From Chiloscyllium plagiosum (lineage: Eukaryota): a stretch of DNA of 64,000 nt. A model generated the notes under the pieces. That model saw only the letters and a program-made list of their open reading frames with translations. It did not search any database and had not been told where the DNA came from. The stretch is taken from the NCBI RefSeq assembly GCF_004010195.1, contig NC_057719.1, positions 59,065,703-59,129,702 of the forward strand, in the 5' to 3' direction. Below, piece by piece: positions 11,792 through 24,526 of this stretch; position 1 is the stretch's first letter; each line of letters starts with the position of its first letter. A program made the position numbers and the translations under genes.

Positions 11792-13067
11792 TGTTTTAAA
11801 AAATTCTCAAGGTCAGGTTCGTAGGAGAGTAGTCTGACACAGAACAAACGACCAAGAGGCGAGTCTGCTAGAATATGGGCATTTTATTCCCCGCATCGTC
11901 GCCACAACCAGGTCCAAACAACGGGTCTGGCTTATACTCACTCTACATGTTACCGGAACTGGGAGCCGTCAGTTCTCGTAGAGCGGTTGCCAACAACCCA
12001 CGCTCGGCGGTTAAACGTAACCCCGGAGCAGACTCACCGAACTGGAGACTTTTCCAGCTGATATACTCTTTTCCAGATATAAACATTCATGTGAACAGCA
12101 GAGCAAGGCTAAAAAACACATTCCATTCTGGTTACATACAGATAAGAAGATTCACACGGGACTAAGCAACACCTCCATTCCGGTTAGATTCACACATGTA
12201 TTGGGACACAATTTTAACCCTTTCACCACAGATNNNNNNNNNNNNNNNNNNNNNNNNNNNNNNNNNNNNNNNNNNNNNNNNNNNNNNNNNNNNNNNNNNN
12301 NNNNNNNNNNNNNNNNNNNNNNNNNNNNNNNNNNNNNNNNNNNNNNNNNNNNNNNNNNNNNNNNNNNNNNNNNNNNNNNNNNNNNNNNNNNNNNNNNNNN
12401 NNNNNNNNNNNNNNNNNNNNNNNNNNNNNNNNNNNNNNNNNNNNNNNNNNNNNNNNNNNNNNNNNNNNNNNNNNNNNNNNNNNNNNNNNNNNNNNNNNNN
12501 NNNNNNNNNNNNNNNNNNNNNNNNNNNNNNNNNNNNNNNNNNNNNNNNNNNNNNNNNNNNNNNNNNNNNNNNNNNNNNNNNNNNNNNNNNNNNNNNNNNN
12601 NNNNNNNNNNNNNNNNNNNNNNNNNNNNNNNNNNNNNNNNNNNNNNNNNNNNNNNNNNNNNNNNNNNNNNNNNNNNNNNNNNNNNNNNNNNNNNNNNNNN
12701 NNNNNNNNNNNNNNNNNNNNNNNNNNNNNNNNNNNNNNNNNNNNNNNNNNNNNNNNNNNNNNNNNNNNNNNNNNNNNNNNNNNNNNNNNNNNNNNNNNNN
12801 NNNNNNNNNNNNNNNNNNNNNNNNNNNNNNNNNNNNNNNNNNNNNNNNNNNNNNNNNNNNNNNNNNNNNNNNNNNNNNNNNNNNNNNNNNNNNNNNNNNN
12901 NNNNTTTCACCACATTCCATTGCTTGGCCCAATACATGTGTTACATTATGATTCACACATGTATTGGGACATAATTTTTTAACCGTTTCACCACATTCCA
13001 CTGCTTGGCCCAATACATGTGTTATATTATGATTCACACATGTATTGGGACATAATTTTTCACCACA
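11792..13067 (-). mobile_element. Young solo LTR with internal tandem array; contains an N-gap
   Basis: TG...CA termini. 5-bp TSD gagac at 11787-11791 and 13068-13072. Minus-strand AATAAA near 11883-11888. CpG-rich. About 81-bp tandem units next to the gap. Confidence 0.75.
12234..12904. other. Assembly gap or masked run (N)
   Basis: 671 Ns flanked by tandem-repeat units. Confidence 1.
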
Positions 13068-13751
13068 GAGACAGATCAAAATTAACATTTGCGGTCCATT
13101 CAAAAGCCTGATAACAGCAAAAAGAACCTGTTCTTGAATCTGTTCGTACATGTTTTCAAAGTTTTATACCTTCTGCTTAATGGAAGAGTGTGGAAGAGAA
13201 TATAAGTGGAATGGGAGGGGTCTTTGATTATGTTTATTGCTTTTCTGAGGCAACAGGAAGTGCAGATGGAGTTAATTGGTGGAAGACTGGTTTGTGTGAT
13301 GAATCGTGCTGTCTTCACAACTCTCTGTAGTTTCTTACAGTCTTGGGAAGAGCAGTTGCCACACCACAATGTGATGCACCCAGATGGGATGCTTTCAATG
13401 GTACACCTATAAAAGTCAATAACAGTCTTTGTTGACATGAGAGATGAGATACTAGTGACTATCTTTTACAGCAAGGGAACAGTTGACCATGTGTAGCATC
13501 AAGGAGCCTTAGGAAAGTTAAAGCCAATGGGAATCAGGAAAAGCACTCCAGTTGTTAGTCGCATACCTACCAATAAGGAAAATGTTTGTGGTTGAAAGTC
13601 AATCATCTCAACTTTGGAAATCACTGCAGGAGTTCATTACGGTAGTGTCTTAGATCAAACCAACTTAAGCTGTTTCTTTGCTCCAACACATCAGAAATGA
13701 GAATACTGACTGATGGTTGTTCAGTTGCTATGCAGCTGTCAAGGAAATGAA

Positions 13752-13875
13752 ACAGGGAGATAGTGAGGACTGCAAATGCTAGAGAGTCAGAGTAGATAGA
13801 GTGGGGCACTGGAAAAAGCACAGCAAGTCAGGCAGCATCTGAGGAGCAGGAGAGTCAATGTTTCAGGTCGGAAAC
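13752..13875 (-). repeat. Penelope terminal-repeat fragment; hammerhead core truncated
   Basis: Matches the gtgaggactgcagatgctgg...ctggaaaagcacagcaggtcaggcagcatc family seen at 24763, 56627 and 59733. Confidence 0.75.
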
Positions 13876-14399
13876 AGACCATGATTACGTGTAACAACTC
13901 AAAACAACATGTAAGTTTGGGCTAATAGGTGGCAAAAAACATGCCCCCAAAATGTGCCAGTCAATGTTATCTCCAAAATGAGAGATTATAACTTAATAAA
14001 ATCAGGTTATCACTATTGCTGAATCCTCTAACATCAACAGCCTGATGCCATTGAATAGAAATCTAACTGACCATTCGTCTAAATAAAAAGTTGCCATAGT
14101 CCTAGCTCTGTTATTAGACAGAGATGACTGGTGGTGGTTTAATCGGAGGGTCATCACAGGTATTTACAAATGCTGATCAAAGGCTAGAAATTCTGTCATC
14201 ATGTGTAACTCACTTCTTGACTCCCCAAAGCCTATTCCTCATCTACAAGATGAAGAAATGCTCCCCATTTTATGGAGGGTTGATCAGATGGTCCCGAAAG
14301 GGCAAAAAATAATGTTGGAATCCACTTCACCTCAAAGTTCAAGAAGCTTGCTGAGCAGTGCATGTTCAACCTCATCTTTATACTGACCAAATGGACACA

Positions 14400-16450
14400 A
14401 CTTCAAAGAGCTACTGTCCAGATAATCAAGAGGACCCTCATTAAATGCTGAGCGACAAAGAAGAACCCAAACTTTACCTTACTGTCACCCTGAGATATAA
14501 TTCTCAGGGCTGACATGAAATCATCCCAAGTGTTACTGTATGGCAGGGGTACAAAACAAATCTGCTATGCAAGATTCATCATCCAAATTGCTAGGAGGAA
14601 ATAAGATAACACAGAAACACAGGTAAAAGGATATCAATGGTTAAACAAATGTCAATTCCTTATCTGAGTTGTTGACAGGACAAACTGTGCACGTACAGCA
14701 CTCAATATGCAGAACTTAGTCCTGGGAACCTGTTAGTCAGCAAAGGTTATTGTAAATGCAGCACCAGCAGGCAAGTATCAGGAAGCACAATGAGAGATGT
14801 TAAGATTCTGCTTCTGTATGATTTGTAAGCAAATAGAACACATTGTATAATCACAGAATTTCTGATTACTGGACTAATCCTTTTGGAGACTTCACACTCT
14901 AGCTCTGAATTCTGCCCCCTTTCAAAAAACAGGTGCTTACTCTCCCCACTTTGGATGCTGTTTATTGATACTAAAACCTTATTGTCTGGTTGAATTTTGA
15001 ATCAACATAATCAAGTTTCAATTTAACACTGTGCAGTGACTTGCAGGTATCCCACGAATTATCCTCTATGCTTCATGTTCCCTAATGTGTTATGATCCTG
15101 TGCCTCTAATAACCCTTCATCTTTCCTGAGTATCAGTTGCGCCCCTTTATGGAACCATTAACACTCCAATTGTACCTCTGCAGCCCCTGTATATTGAGAA
15201 GCCAATATCCTGTTGGCCCAGCCTCCACATATCGAAGTCAGAGTAACTATTACCTGGACACCCCCTTAGAGACAATGCATTCCCTCCAATAACCTACCTG
15301 GGTCCCATTCTCTTATCTGTAACTCCTACCACTGTGCCCATTCCTTCTGCCACTGAATATAGACAAGCCAATCCCCAGACTTGAGCCACTTAAAGCCTCA
15401 TTGATACATGGATTAACTTTATTCACAGTTATTCCCACAAGCTCACCAACTTCCATTCCCTCTCTATTCCTGTGATTTAATCACCATCATTTTCAACAAA
15501 TGTCTCCCCCATTTCTCAAATTCTTCAATGCCATTTCCTTTTGTATCAACCCCAATACAATCTATCTTCCAAGCTATTTACAATACTGTCTAACTCCAAA
15601 CTGTTTAGCCATTGGACCCATTGTCAAGCACAATGAACCTGACACACAACTATATTAGTTCAAGGTGCACCAACCTTATCATTGCAGACATTTAGCAAAC
15701 TCAGTCGAAAAGACACTTCAAACTGATACATAACTGATTTATACATCCATTGTCAGGTCAAGTTTGATATTAAAATGGCCTTATGGTCAACTTGGGTAAC
15801 TCCCAAACTATTGGATGAATTTAATAAAGGTTTTTATTGGCCTCCTGAACCTGTGTTTGCTGTCACTCTATATAATTGCCATTATTACATCAATTTTATG
15901 CACTAAAACAAATGCAGTGATATTGAATTTATACTCCAGAATTCCCTTACAATAGCAGGAGCAAATTCAGGCCAACAGTAACTGTCCATGTGTAAGAGAG
16001 TACTACAATATTCTAAAAGCTTTATTTTAGGAACACAACAGGATATTCAATGCCTTAAGCCTTCTATAGCATTAAATCAGGTCATGGTTGATCATGTGCC
16101 TCAAATCCATCTTTTGAGCCATGTCTTATTATACACTTGATAATTTAATAATTTCCAAAGGTCATCCTGATATTTAATTAACTTTACAACTCTTCATTTA
16201 AAATATTTCTTCATTCATTATACCTTGCATATTATGTAACTCTTACCGGCAATCAGTAGCATTGCTCATCAGACCTGACCATTTTTCTCATCGGTTGTGA
16301 CAAAACAAGAATTTCATACAATTGGACCCCTGTCATATTCCAGAGATGTTATGCTATCATTCTGACAGGCTGACAGTTTTATATTCATAACTGTGCTGTC
16401 TGCAAACCTAGACATGGAACAGTTGGATAACATTAATCTCTGAAATAGTG
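14400..16450 (+). mobile_element. Possible highly decayed LTR retroelement relic
   Basis: CMICKQIEH zinc-knuckle-like remnant (about 14815-14841), LFIDT protease-like remnant (about 14958-14972) and GFYWP integrase-like remnant (about 15829-15843) in gag-pol order. No ORF survives. Confidence 0.35.
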
Positions 16451-19400
16451 TGACCATATGTTCAATGGTAAAGCCTGGGAACCTTAGCAACAGAGTTTTA
16501 TCATTCTAAGAACTGTTAACATAATTATAGTTTATGGTTACAAATTCAAAATGGAGAATTTAAAGAAGTAGCATCAAGCGCAATTTCATTGTTCATCAGC
16601 ATCTCTTGATAAGGATGGTAGTTAACAGCTAATGGCTTAATGGGTTTCAAACCAATAATTTCAAGCTGCCAATGGAATTCCGACTTAATGGTGACAAATA
16701 GGCAAAATACCATCAGTTGAGTCAGAGATTAGAGTCAATCAAATGCCTGAAGGAACCTAAGAGTGCATATATGTTTAACCTTTTCTTCACATTGCATGGA
16801 AACAAGCACCATGTTCAGATAGATTTCTGGTCTCAGTTAAAAAATGTTAAAAATCAATAATTAACTACGAACATTTATTTAAAAAAAAACTTTCCAGACC
16901 ATTCAAACCTCCTAAGTCTGTTACTTGTATCTTAATCAGATTATCCTGATGGGCTGCATGTCATATAACTCCTCTTTGGTTCCCCAGAGTGTGCAGCAGG
17001 ATAGTTGCCTTTACAATGTCATTGGTTTTCACACTCTCATTTGCAGATGATGCCTGTGAAGATTTGGCTAGTGTTCACTAAGGATTTCAAACAAAAGAAA
17101 TCTGAGGGAAGCATTTTAAAGAAATACAAGCAGCTGAAATGATTTTCACATGGATTTCCTCAATAATGTATTTTTAAATGTCATTTATATGCTGCAAATA
17201 TGGAAAATTGATGAAGAGGTTCAACTCTATTGTATAGTTAGCATGGGTTAACTTAATCAAACAAGACTTTAAACAAAGAAGAATACCTTTTTAGTTTACT
17301 TTGAATTAATTCCATTCTCTTTCACCTTTGTTGGCTTGTAAAGAATCCTAACTGTTGCCAAGCCACTCCAGCACCATCGAGATGAAATGTACTTAGGTCA
17401 AATTAAATTTGGTTTGTCATCAAATGGTCCAAAGCAAAAATGATGGAACTGCTCCATCAGTAGCAGGTGGGACTTGTGCCCAAAACCTTGATCCTCCATA
17501 AAATGACAATTACACATGAACAACACAATTACAACATAAGGTATCAGACCATCCAGATTATACTGTCTCAGTCAGGAAGGTAGTTGAGTAATCAAAACTG
17601 GCATCATTATTTCGGACCTTCAAAGGCTACAAATATACTGTGATTCCTGCTTCTTAATGCTCTTTAACAAATCATGCTGGAAGACATGCTTCCAAATGTA
17701 AAAGATACGCTCCATTAATAGCCCAAGTTGATTTTGAATCTATGGTATTAACAACACTGAACTAAATATGGTACTTATTGATAAAATGCCAATTGTGGAT
17801 TAATGAAATGTCTCAGTCTCTACTTTTCCATTCCCAGATAACATTATTGCACCATAATCTTTGACCAGCTGATTCAATATATATTTTCATGCAGCACTGT
17901 GCATTTGGAATTACAATAAACAATTCTGAAAATGGATATGGGAAAAGCTGCCTCGCATATAAGACCTTGGAGCATTGGCTGCATGCTTTGGACAACAAGA
18001 AAATGAACAAGGAAAAACTAAAGAAAGCTGAAGAGAGGGTTTTCCATTTAAATATCTCTAAAACAAAATAATTGATCTTGTCACATTAGGGAGCATTGTT
18101 AATGATTAACAATAAAAGTTTTTTGATCATGTAGCTTTAGTTTGAATAAATTACCTCTACAAAAGCTTAGCTTTATTAAACTTTGCAAATGTAACAGTAC
18201 TATTCATATTAACTTGTAATCATACAATAAACCAATTCTACAGAAACAAATTAAAAACTTATACTTATTACTGGATGAAAGGAAATATGTACAGAATCCA
18301 TTTCCTGTCTATTCCCTTCTGAATTTAATCACAAATAATTCAGGTTCTGAACTTCAATCTGCAAATTATCATAGACTTAGTCCCAATTCACAATTTATTC
18401 CTGTTATGAACTTCAGCTCCTCATATTGCATTATTACTATCATAGTGTCCTGTCTCACTGTGATCCCTCACTTAAGTTAGTTCTCATTCTTAACTAAAAC
18501 CAACTGGTAGTTCAAATTTTATCAACCACCAACGTCACTCCTGGGTTACTTATTCCATCTTCTCTGTTGTTAATATTCTTCTCTGTTGCAGCCAGCTCCT
18601 TTTGTTATATTCACAATTAGTGACAAGAACTCTTTGTCATTTTTAATGTGATTTTGTGAAGCTGACTGGGGAGCCACAGAAAAACTGTACAATTAATCAA
18701 TTGGATATGAAGATTAAAGCAGGCTGCAATATATATTTCCAAAATGTTTGGAAATTCCAATGTCTGCTATGTCTTCACATATGTTACTATTTCCATTGTT
18801 ATGTGCCCAGCTTATATAAAAACATCTATTAGTGACACTGTGTTGGAGAGCCTGCATCAAGAACAATTCTAGGTCAATGTGTTCTTTTCTCCCAAACTGG
18901 TTCCCTTATCAATCTTTCAATTTCTCCTTCCCCCCCCTGCTTCCGGTCCTCAATCCTTTCACATTCGCTTGTACAATTCCTCTCATCTTACTCTCTTCCT
19001 TGCTCCATTCAGCTCTTCCTCTTTCCTTTCTAACCCTCACTCCAATTTTATTCTTCCTTCCTTGCTCTACTTCTATCTTTTCCTCTCCTTAACTCTGGCC
19101 TTATACCTTTCCCAAATTCTACTTGACTAGAATATCTCCATTCAAGATGGTTCCATAAGCAGTTTCACAGGTGAGGAAAAGTTAAGTTTTGTATTACCTG
19201 AATATGAAGCAATGCGTCTGTAGATGCAGTTAAATGACAAAGGGCTGATTTAGGTGATGTAGATAAAAATAAACCCTATTGTAACACTATACTGAACACT
19301 GGAATTCAAGTCAAAACATAAATCAGTTTCAGCTCAATGCAAACCCTATTCCTAGATGCATTTTCAGACTCTACTGCCTCTACCTCAATACCTTGACTTA

Positions 19401-21727
19401 AAGTTAATTTCTCAACTTAAAACTTATCATAAATATAACTAAATCCCTACATAGCTTCTACCTTCCTATTTGTACAATCTCTTATAGCCCTAAAATCTGC
19501 CAATGTACCTGCACTACTAGAATTCTGACTTCCTTAGCACCTAACGTTTAAATTGTCGCACCATGAGTGGCCATGCCTTCAATTCCCAAGATCCTAAACT
19601 TTGGAATTCCCTCCCTACAACTTTCTGCTTCTTTTTCTCTTTTTCCTCCTTTAATATATATTCACTAAGACTTAACCCTGACCAATTTTTCAGTCATCTG
19701 CCCTAATATCATGTCTGTCTCAGTATCAAATTTTACGTGAGAACACTTCTGTGAGATACTGGCATAAAAATACAAGTTACCAGTCTTAATGTAATAAATA
19801 TATAGCTTGTCAAACAATAAGCACTCTATTCACAATCAATATAAATGTTGTTTTCCCTTTGCATTGCCATTGCTTGCTAATTGTCTTGGTGAGTACAAGA
19901 CCAAAAAGCTTCCCCAAAATATGTCTTTTTCAGAAATACACAAATGATTGTTGTTGTTGTTAAGAACACAAGGGGACACAGAACAAAAATTTACTTCCCT
20001 CATTAATTCTGCTCTGAAGTGCTACCCAGCATAACCTCCAGTCAGACCTTAATTTGTTCCTGTGTTATTGTGCAGTCCTGCTGACACAAAACACACTTTG
20101 AGCTGGAGTAATTAAGTGCACAAACTGTCTACTAAGGTGAGATCTAAACACCACCGCCTACTGGTTGAATACCAATGACATAGGATGAGACTCATAATTT
20201 CCCACATAAGAGACTCAATTAGTGTTAGGTCTTCCTACCCTGGACTTAACAGAGGCAGTGACATGGAGGAGACTAGGTCTCCACATCACATCCTTGAGCA
20301 TGATTAAATAATGCCTCCAAACCCAGATTGAGAAGAGCTTTAAAATACAACCGATGAATCATTAAATAGGGAGTTTATGTTCTGGCTATGTGGTGGAGAA
20401 AAACTTTGAGTAGCTATTTAAGCAAAAAAGTGTTAAACAAGAATGATAGGGAATGTCACGTTTTCGCAAATGGAGGAATTGGAGAAGGCTGCTTTGTTTC
20501 CATCATCCACTGATATCTTTTCATTAAGCATCTTGCTACATTGAACTAATGAGTCCTGGAATTGCTAGAGAGTACAAAGATATGTATTCAAAATCCAAAC
20601 ATATTAACCAATAACCTAATACCCCATAACAGGGAAAATATTAGCATTTATGGCAAAGAATGTGATAACTGAACATTTAGAAAATAATAGCAAAATGGGG
20701 CAGTGTCAACATGGATTTATGAAAGAGAAATCACGTTTTACAAACTTGTTTTGAGGGTGTTACTTGAGGAATAGAGAAAGGAGAATCAATAGACATGGTA
20801 TATTTTAATTTTCAGAAGGCTTTAAATAATGTCTCTTGCAGGAAATAAGTCAATGAAATGAATGCCCATGCGATTGGGGGAATATACTGGTAGGAATTGA
20901 GAATTAGTTGATAGACAGAAAATTGCCAATAGGAATAAACAGATAATTTTCAGGATGGCAGGTTGTTTCTAATGAGGTACTGCAAGGATTGGTGCTAAGA
21001 CCACAACTGGTCACAATCTGTGTAAACGTGGAAACCAATTATAATTCAAATTTGCTGATGATATAAAACAGGGTGAGAACTTACAATGTGAAGAGGGTGC
21101 AAGGAGGCCTCAAATGGACATAACAAGTTACGTGAATGGCCTAGATCATGGCAGGATGGATCATAATGTGAATAAGTGTGAAGTTATTTATTTGTGGTAG
21201 AAACCTGGAAGGCAGAATATTTCTTAAATGGCAAGAGGGTGGGAAATGCTTGAGTCCAAAGGGATCTGGGTGTCATTGTCCATGAATCACTAAAAGTCAA
21301 CATGCAATTAGAAAGGTATATGGAAGGTTTGCATTTCAAGGGTGTTTGAGGGCAAGAGTAAAGATGTCTTGCTGCAGTTGTATGGAGCCTTGGTGAGACC
21401 TCACCTGGACAGTTGTGTATAGTTTTTGTCTGTTTATCTACAGAAGGATATACTTGCCACAGAGGGAGTGTAATGGTGGTAGACCAGATTAATCCCTGAG
21501 ATGATGGATTGTCTTATCAAAAGAGATTGAGGAAAATGGATCTATTCTCCAGAATAGGTGACTCTAGAAATGGGATATAATCTCAAGATAAAGGCAAGTC
21601 CACTTAAGACTGAGATGAGGAGGAATTCCTTCACTCACTACATGGTGAATCTTTGGAACTGTCTACCCTAGAGAGATGTGAAAGCTCTATCAACGTTCAA
21701 GACAGAAATTGATAGATATTAAGGACA

Positions 21728-21840
21728 GAGCTGAAAATGTGTTACTGGAAAAGCGCAGCAGGTCAGGCAGCATTCAAGGAGCAGGAGAATCGACGTTTCG
21801 GGCATGAGCCCTTCTTCAGGAATCCTCACTTTCTCCTAGA
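21728..21840 (-). mobile_element. Short Penelope terminal-repeat insertion with an intact minimal hammerhead motif
   Basis: 14-bp TSD agatattaaggaca (21714-21727 and 21841-21854). Near-identical to the termini of the longer Penelope copies; short inverted tail tcctcactttctcct. Confidence 0.85.
21787..21824 (-). ncRNA. Minimal type I hammerhead ribozyme motif (family A)
   Basis: GAUUC-CUGAAGA-A-GGGC-ucau-GCCC-GAAA-CGUC^GAUUC: both conserved boxes, 4-bp stem II, GUC cleavage triplet, stem I 4 of 5 paired. Confidence 0.8.
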
Positions 21841-22127
21841 AGATATTAAGGACATTAAGGGATATGGAGAAACTACAGTAAATGGCATTGAGGAGATGTT
21901 CAGCTAGGATCCACACTGGCAGGAGAGGCTTGATGGGCTGAATAGCTAATTCATGTCCCTAGGTTTCTGAGTAATCTGTCAATCAATTTTAGCTTATAAA
22001 CAGATTAATTGTCTATGTCATGTTTGCACACTGATAATTAAATACATTCCATTTCACCATAGAAGGAAATATGTGCAGTGAACAGAAATGCAATGCTTGA
22101 AAGAAGCCACCAGTGACATGTCTCCAG

Positions 22128-22308
22128 GTCAAGAACTGTGGTGCTGGAAAAGCACAGCCGGTCAGGCAACATCTGAGGAGCAGAAGAGTATGATGTTTCA
22201 AGCATAAGTTTCGAGTCTACTCTCCAGTTCCTTGGATGCTGCCAGACCAGCTGTGCTTTTCCAGTACCACATTTTTCGACTCAGCATCTGTATTCCTCAC
22301 TTTCTCCT
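22128..22308. repeat. Inverted pair of Penelope terminal repeats (hairpin insertion)
   Basis: gtggtgctggaaaagcacagccggtcaggcaacatc followed by its diverged reverse complement. Imperfect 12-bp TSD acatgtctccag / acacatctccag. Confidence 0.8.
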
Positions 22309-22379
22309 ACACATCTCCAGTTGTCTTCATCAGGTCTTTTCCTAAGTTTTTTCAATCTCCCAAAGCTGTAAACTTACAA

Positions 22380-23300
22380 TAAAGTCACTGAGACACTAAT
22401 CAGAAAGCTTCTGTGTGGAGTTGACTGTGCCCTAGCTGTCCAGAAGAAGGGAGACATCCAGACATTCACAAGTGAATTCATGTGGTTGCCATAAACATTG
22501 GTCTCCAAATCAGTGTCCCAAAAGCCAAGGTTATTTTTCAGCCAGCACCCGAAACAGCCATGATGGCACTACTCTCAAAGTTATAGAAAAGTTCTCAGAC
22601 TTTGGTAGTATACTGTCTAGTGACGTCACTAGTGATGAAGCTATCCAGGTGCCAATCCAAAAAGCCAGCAATGATTGCCTCTGAAAACAATATGGCATTA
22701 GGTTAAAGACTAAAATCAAACTTTGTATGGTCATTGCCTTTACCATCCTGCAATATTCTTTAAAAACCTGAGCCTGCTATAGACACCACATCAAAGCTTT
22801 GAACAGCTTTCACAAAACTGCGATCAGTCATGACAATTTGATAATAAGACAAAATCATAACTAGCAAGGTCCTCCTCAACATGGGCTTAACAACATGGAG
22901 ACTCTTCCTCTTGAAAATTAATTTTTTTTAAATTCACTCATGGGACGTAGACATCAAATGAGATAGTAGATCATGTCTCCTGTATTGATGGTTACAGGAA
23001 CCCCCAGCAGATCGTCTTCAGGGAACTGTGACATCAAGCTGGTCAGTATAAATGATGTATGGACACTCTTAAAGAGCGTTACAAACGTATGTACTACAGA
23101 TCAGATCTCTTAGAAAAACATTGTAGCCAGATGGCCCACATGTAGGCAAGCTCTGAAATTTGATTCAGGGCGTGTCAAGGACCATCTCCGCCAAGCTCTC
23201 AACAACTGACACGGAGCCAGTAATCGTATAGCTGCAGACCTCCAACAATGACAACATGAACTGCCAGTGCTGTGGACACCCATGCCAACCTTGTGTCAAT
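22380..23300 (+). mobile_element. Decayed RTE-clade LINE 3' region
   Basis: LKVIEKFSDFGSILS...IQKAS, GIRLKTKIKL, DKI.....VL and PQQIVF.EL remnants resemble the RTE post-RT region. Confidence 0.6.
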
Positions 23301-24491
23301 TGGCAGGACAGGACAACACAGAAATCAGATGAAATCACTGACAAATAGGACATCCAGGTTCATTCTCCGAAAACTGGTTCCTGTGCCAGATTTTGGATCT
23401 TGCCAGTTTTCGGGTTGAGTTGTACTGAATCAGATTGTGTGGGGTCAATTGTCACTCAAAGCAATTGCAACACAGGAAAAGACCAAACCAACACACAAAC
23501 AGCATGGTATTGCATCGATAGAGCATCTAGCTAAACAAGCTGCTAAATTACTTTACTCATTCAGTCACTAAAATCCATCCATGGCAGTTTATAAAAATGT
23601 ACAATCTGGGTTTTCAGATTAGCTGAATTAAGAACATGTACCTGTACCCAAACAACAAGTTTACCGCAAAATGTGGTATTTTACAATGCCTATTATACTA
23701 GCATTTGCCACTGACTAGATGCAAAAAATAAGTATCATGAATACCAATATGTTCTTTTCATCTTATTGTCCATGATAAACGTCTGAAGAAAACGCATTTC
23801 ACCAGTAGTCACAAAGGTCTCTTTTCAGACAATGTGTACCTTTTTTGCTATTGACCTGATTGAAGGCACCTCTTTTTATCATGGTAATGGCTGTGCAGCA
23901 TTTGTACAATGTGTAATCAGAAATTGAACATGATTCTTATGGTAATGTGCAATTATTCAATACGGTGATTGTATTTTCTGCATTACAAAGCAAACTAAAT
24001 CTACACATTTTCAAGGACAATAATTATAATGCCTGTTTTAGAAATCTAAAATTGTGTCTTATGTGACCTTTGTCGTTTAAGCATTTGTTAACTTTCATTT
24101 GTTGCTTTCAAGAAAAAGTATGATATTTTGTCTTATGAAACAAATCTAAAACCAATATACCATGGATGCTGGAGATAAAAAAAAGACAGAAAATGCTAGA
24201 GCAGTCAGCAGGTGAGGTTACATCTATCAAGGTAGGGTAAATGTTTCTGATCAATAATCTCCATTCAGAACACATTCGATTTCAGAATATGAAGCACTGA
24301 AAATTGTTTAATGTGCCAATTTGTAGAATTTGCATTTTCCAAACTACAATATCTATGGCAGACCCAGGACATCACTGCAGGAGTCCTCAGTCCCACACAT
24401 ACACCCTCAGACCCTCTCTCATACACATATAATTTCAGTTACATCACACTGTAAACTTTTGCTAGAACTTCTGTGTCTTATTATCCACAAT

Positions 24492-24526
24492 CACCTGATG
24501 AAGGAGCAGTGCTCTGAAAGCTAGTG
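24492..24526 (+). ncRNA. Minimal type I hammerhead ribozyme motif (family C)
   Basis: CAC-CUGAUGA-A-GGAGC-agu-GCUCU-GAAA-GCUA^GUG: stem I CAC/GUG, 5-bp stem II with one G.U pair, CUA triplet. The downstream sequence is related to the repeat at 26620-26690. Confidence 0.75.

Larger units (their letters stand above)
11622..13440 (-). mobile_element. Rex1/Babar-type LINE 3' fragment, interrupted by a solo LTR
   Basis: ORF 13100-13438 (FYRCTIES..SGCITLWCGNCSSQDCKKLQRVV...IIKDPSH...LF..LP..RRY..L...TNRFKN.FF) is the typical Rex1/Babar C-terminal region. 3' tail lies at 11622-11790. Confidence 0.8.
10900..14300 (+). mobile_element. Old CR1-group LINE (same family as 60500-62710), split by nested insertions
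   Basis: 10900-11620 and 13450-14300 align in order to 60890-62500 (e.g. gaatggtggtggacaattaaac, gctgaagcatt, ctgcaggagttc, cacttcttgactcccccaaag-like). Confidence 0.7.
20630..21962 (+). mobile_element. Decayed CR1 LINE RT to 3' end
   Basis: QHGF..KS...NL, DF.KAF, KFADD, RDLGV and LVRPHL remnants and a CR1-like 3' end; many stops. Confidence 0.85.

Noticed and set aside
12905..13067. CRISPR-like look of palindromic repeats
   Set aside because: The sequence between palindromes is itself repeated rather than unique spacers, there are no cas genes, and the context is a eukaryotic LTR.
12152..13151. Long ORFs crossing N-runs (also near 25148-25508 and 56753-57557)
   Set aside because: Their length is an artefact of translating Ns.
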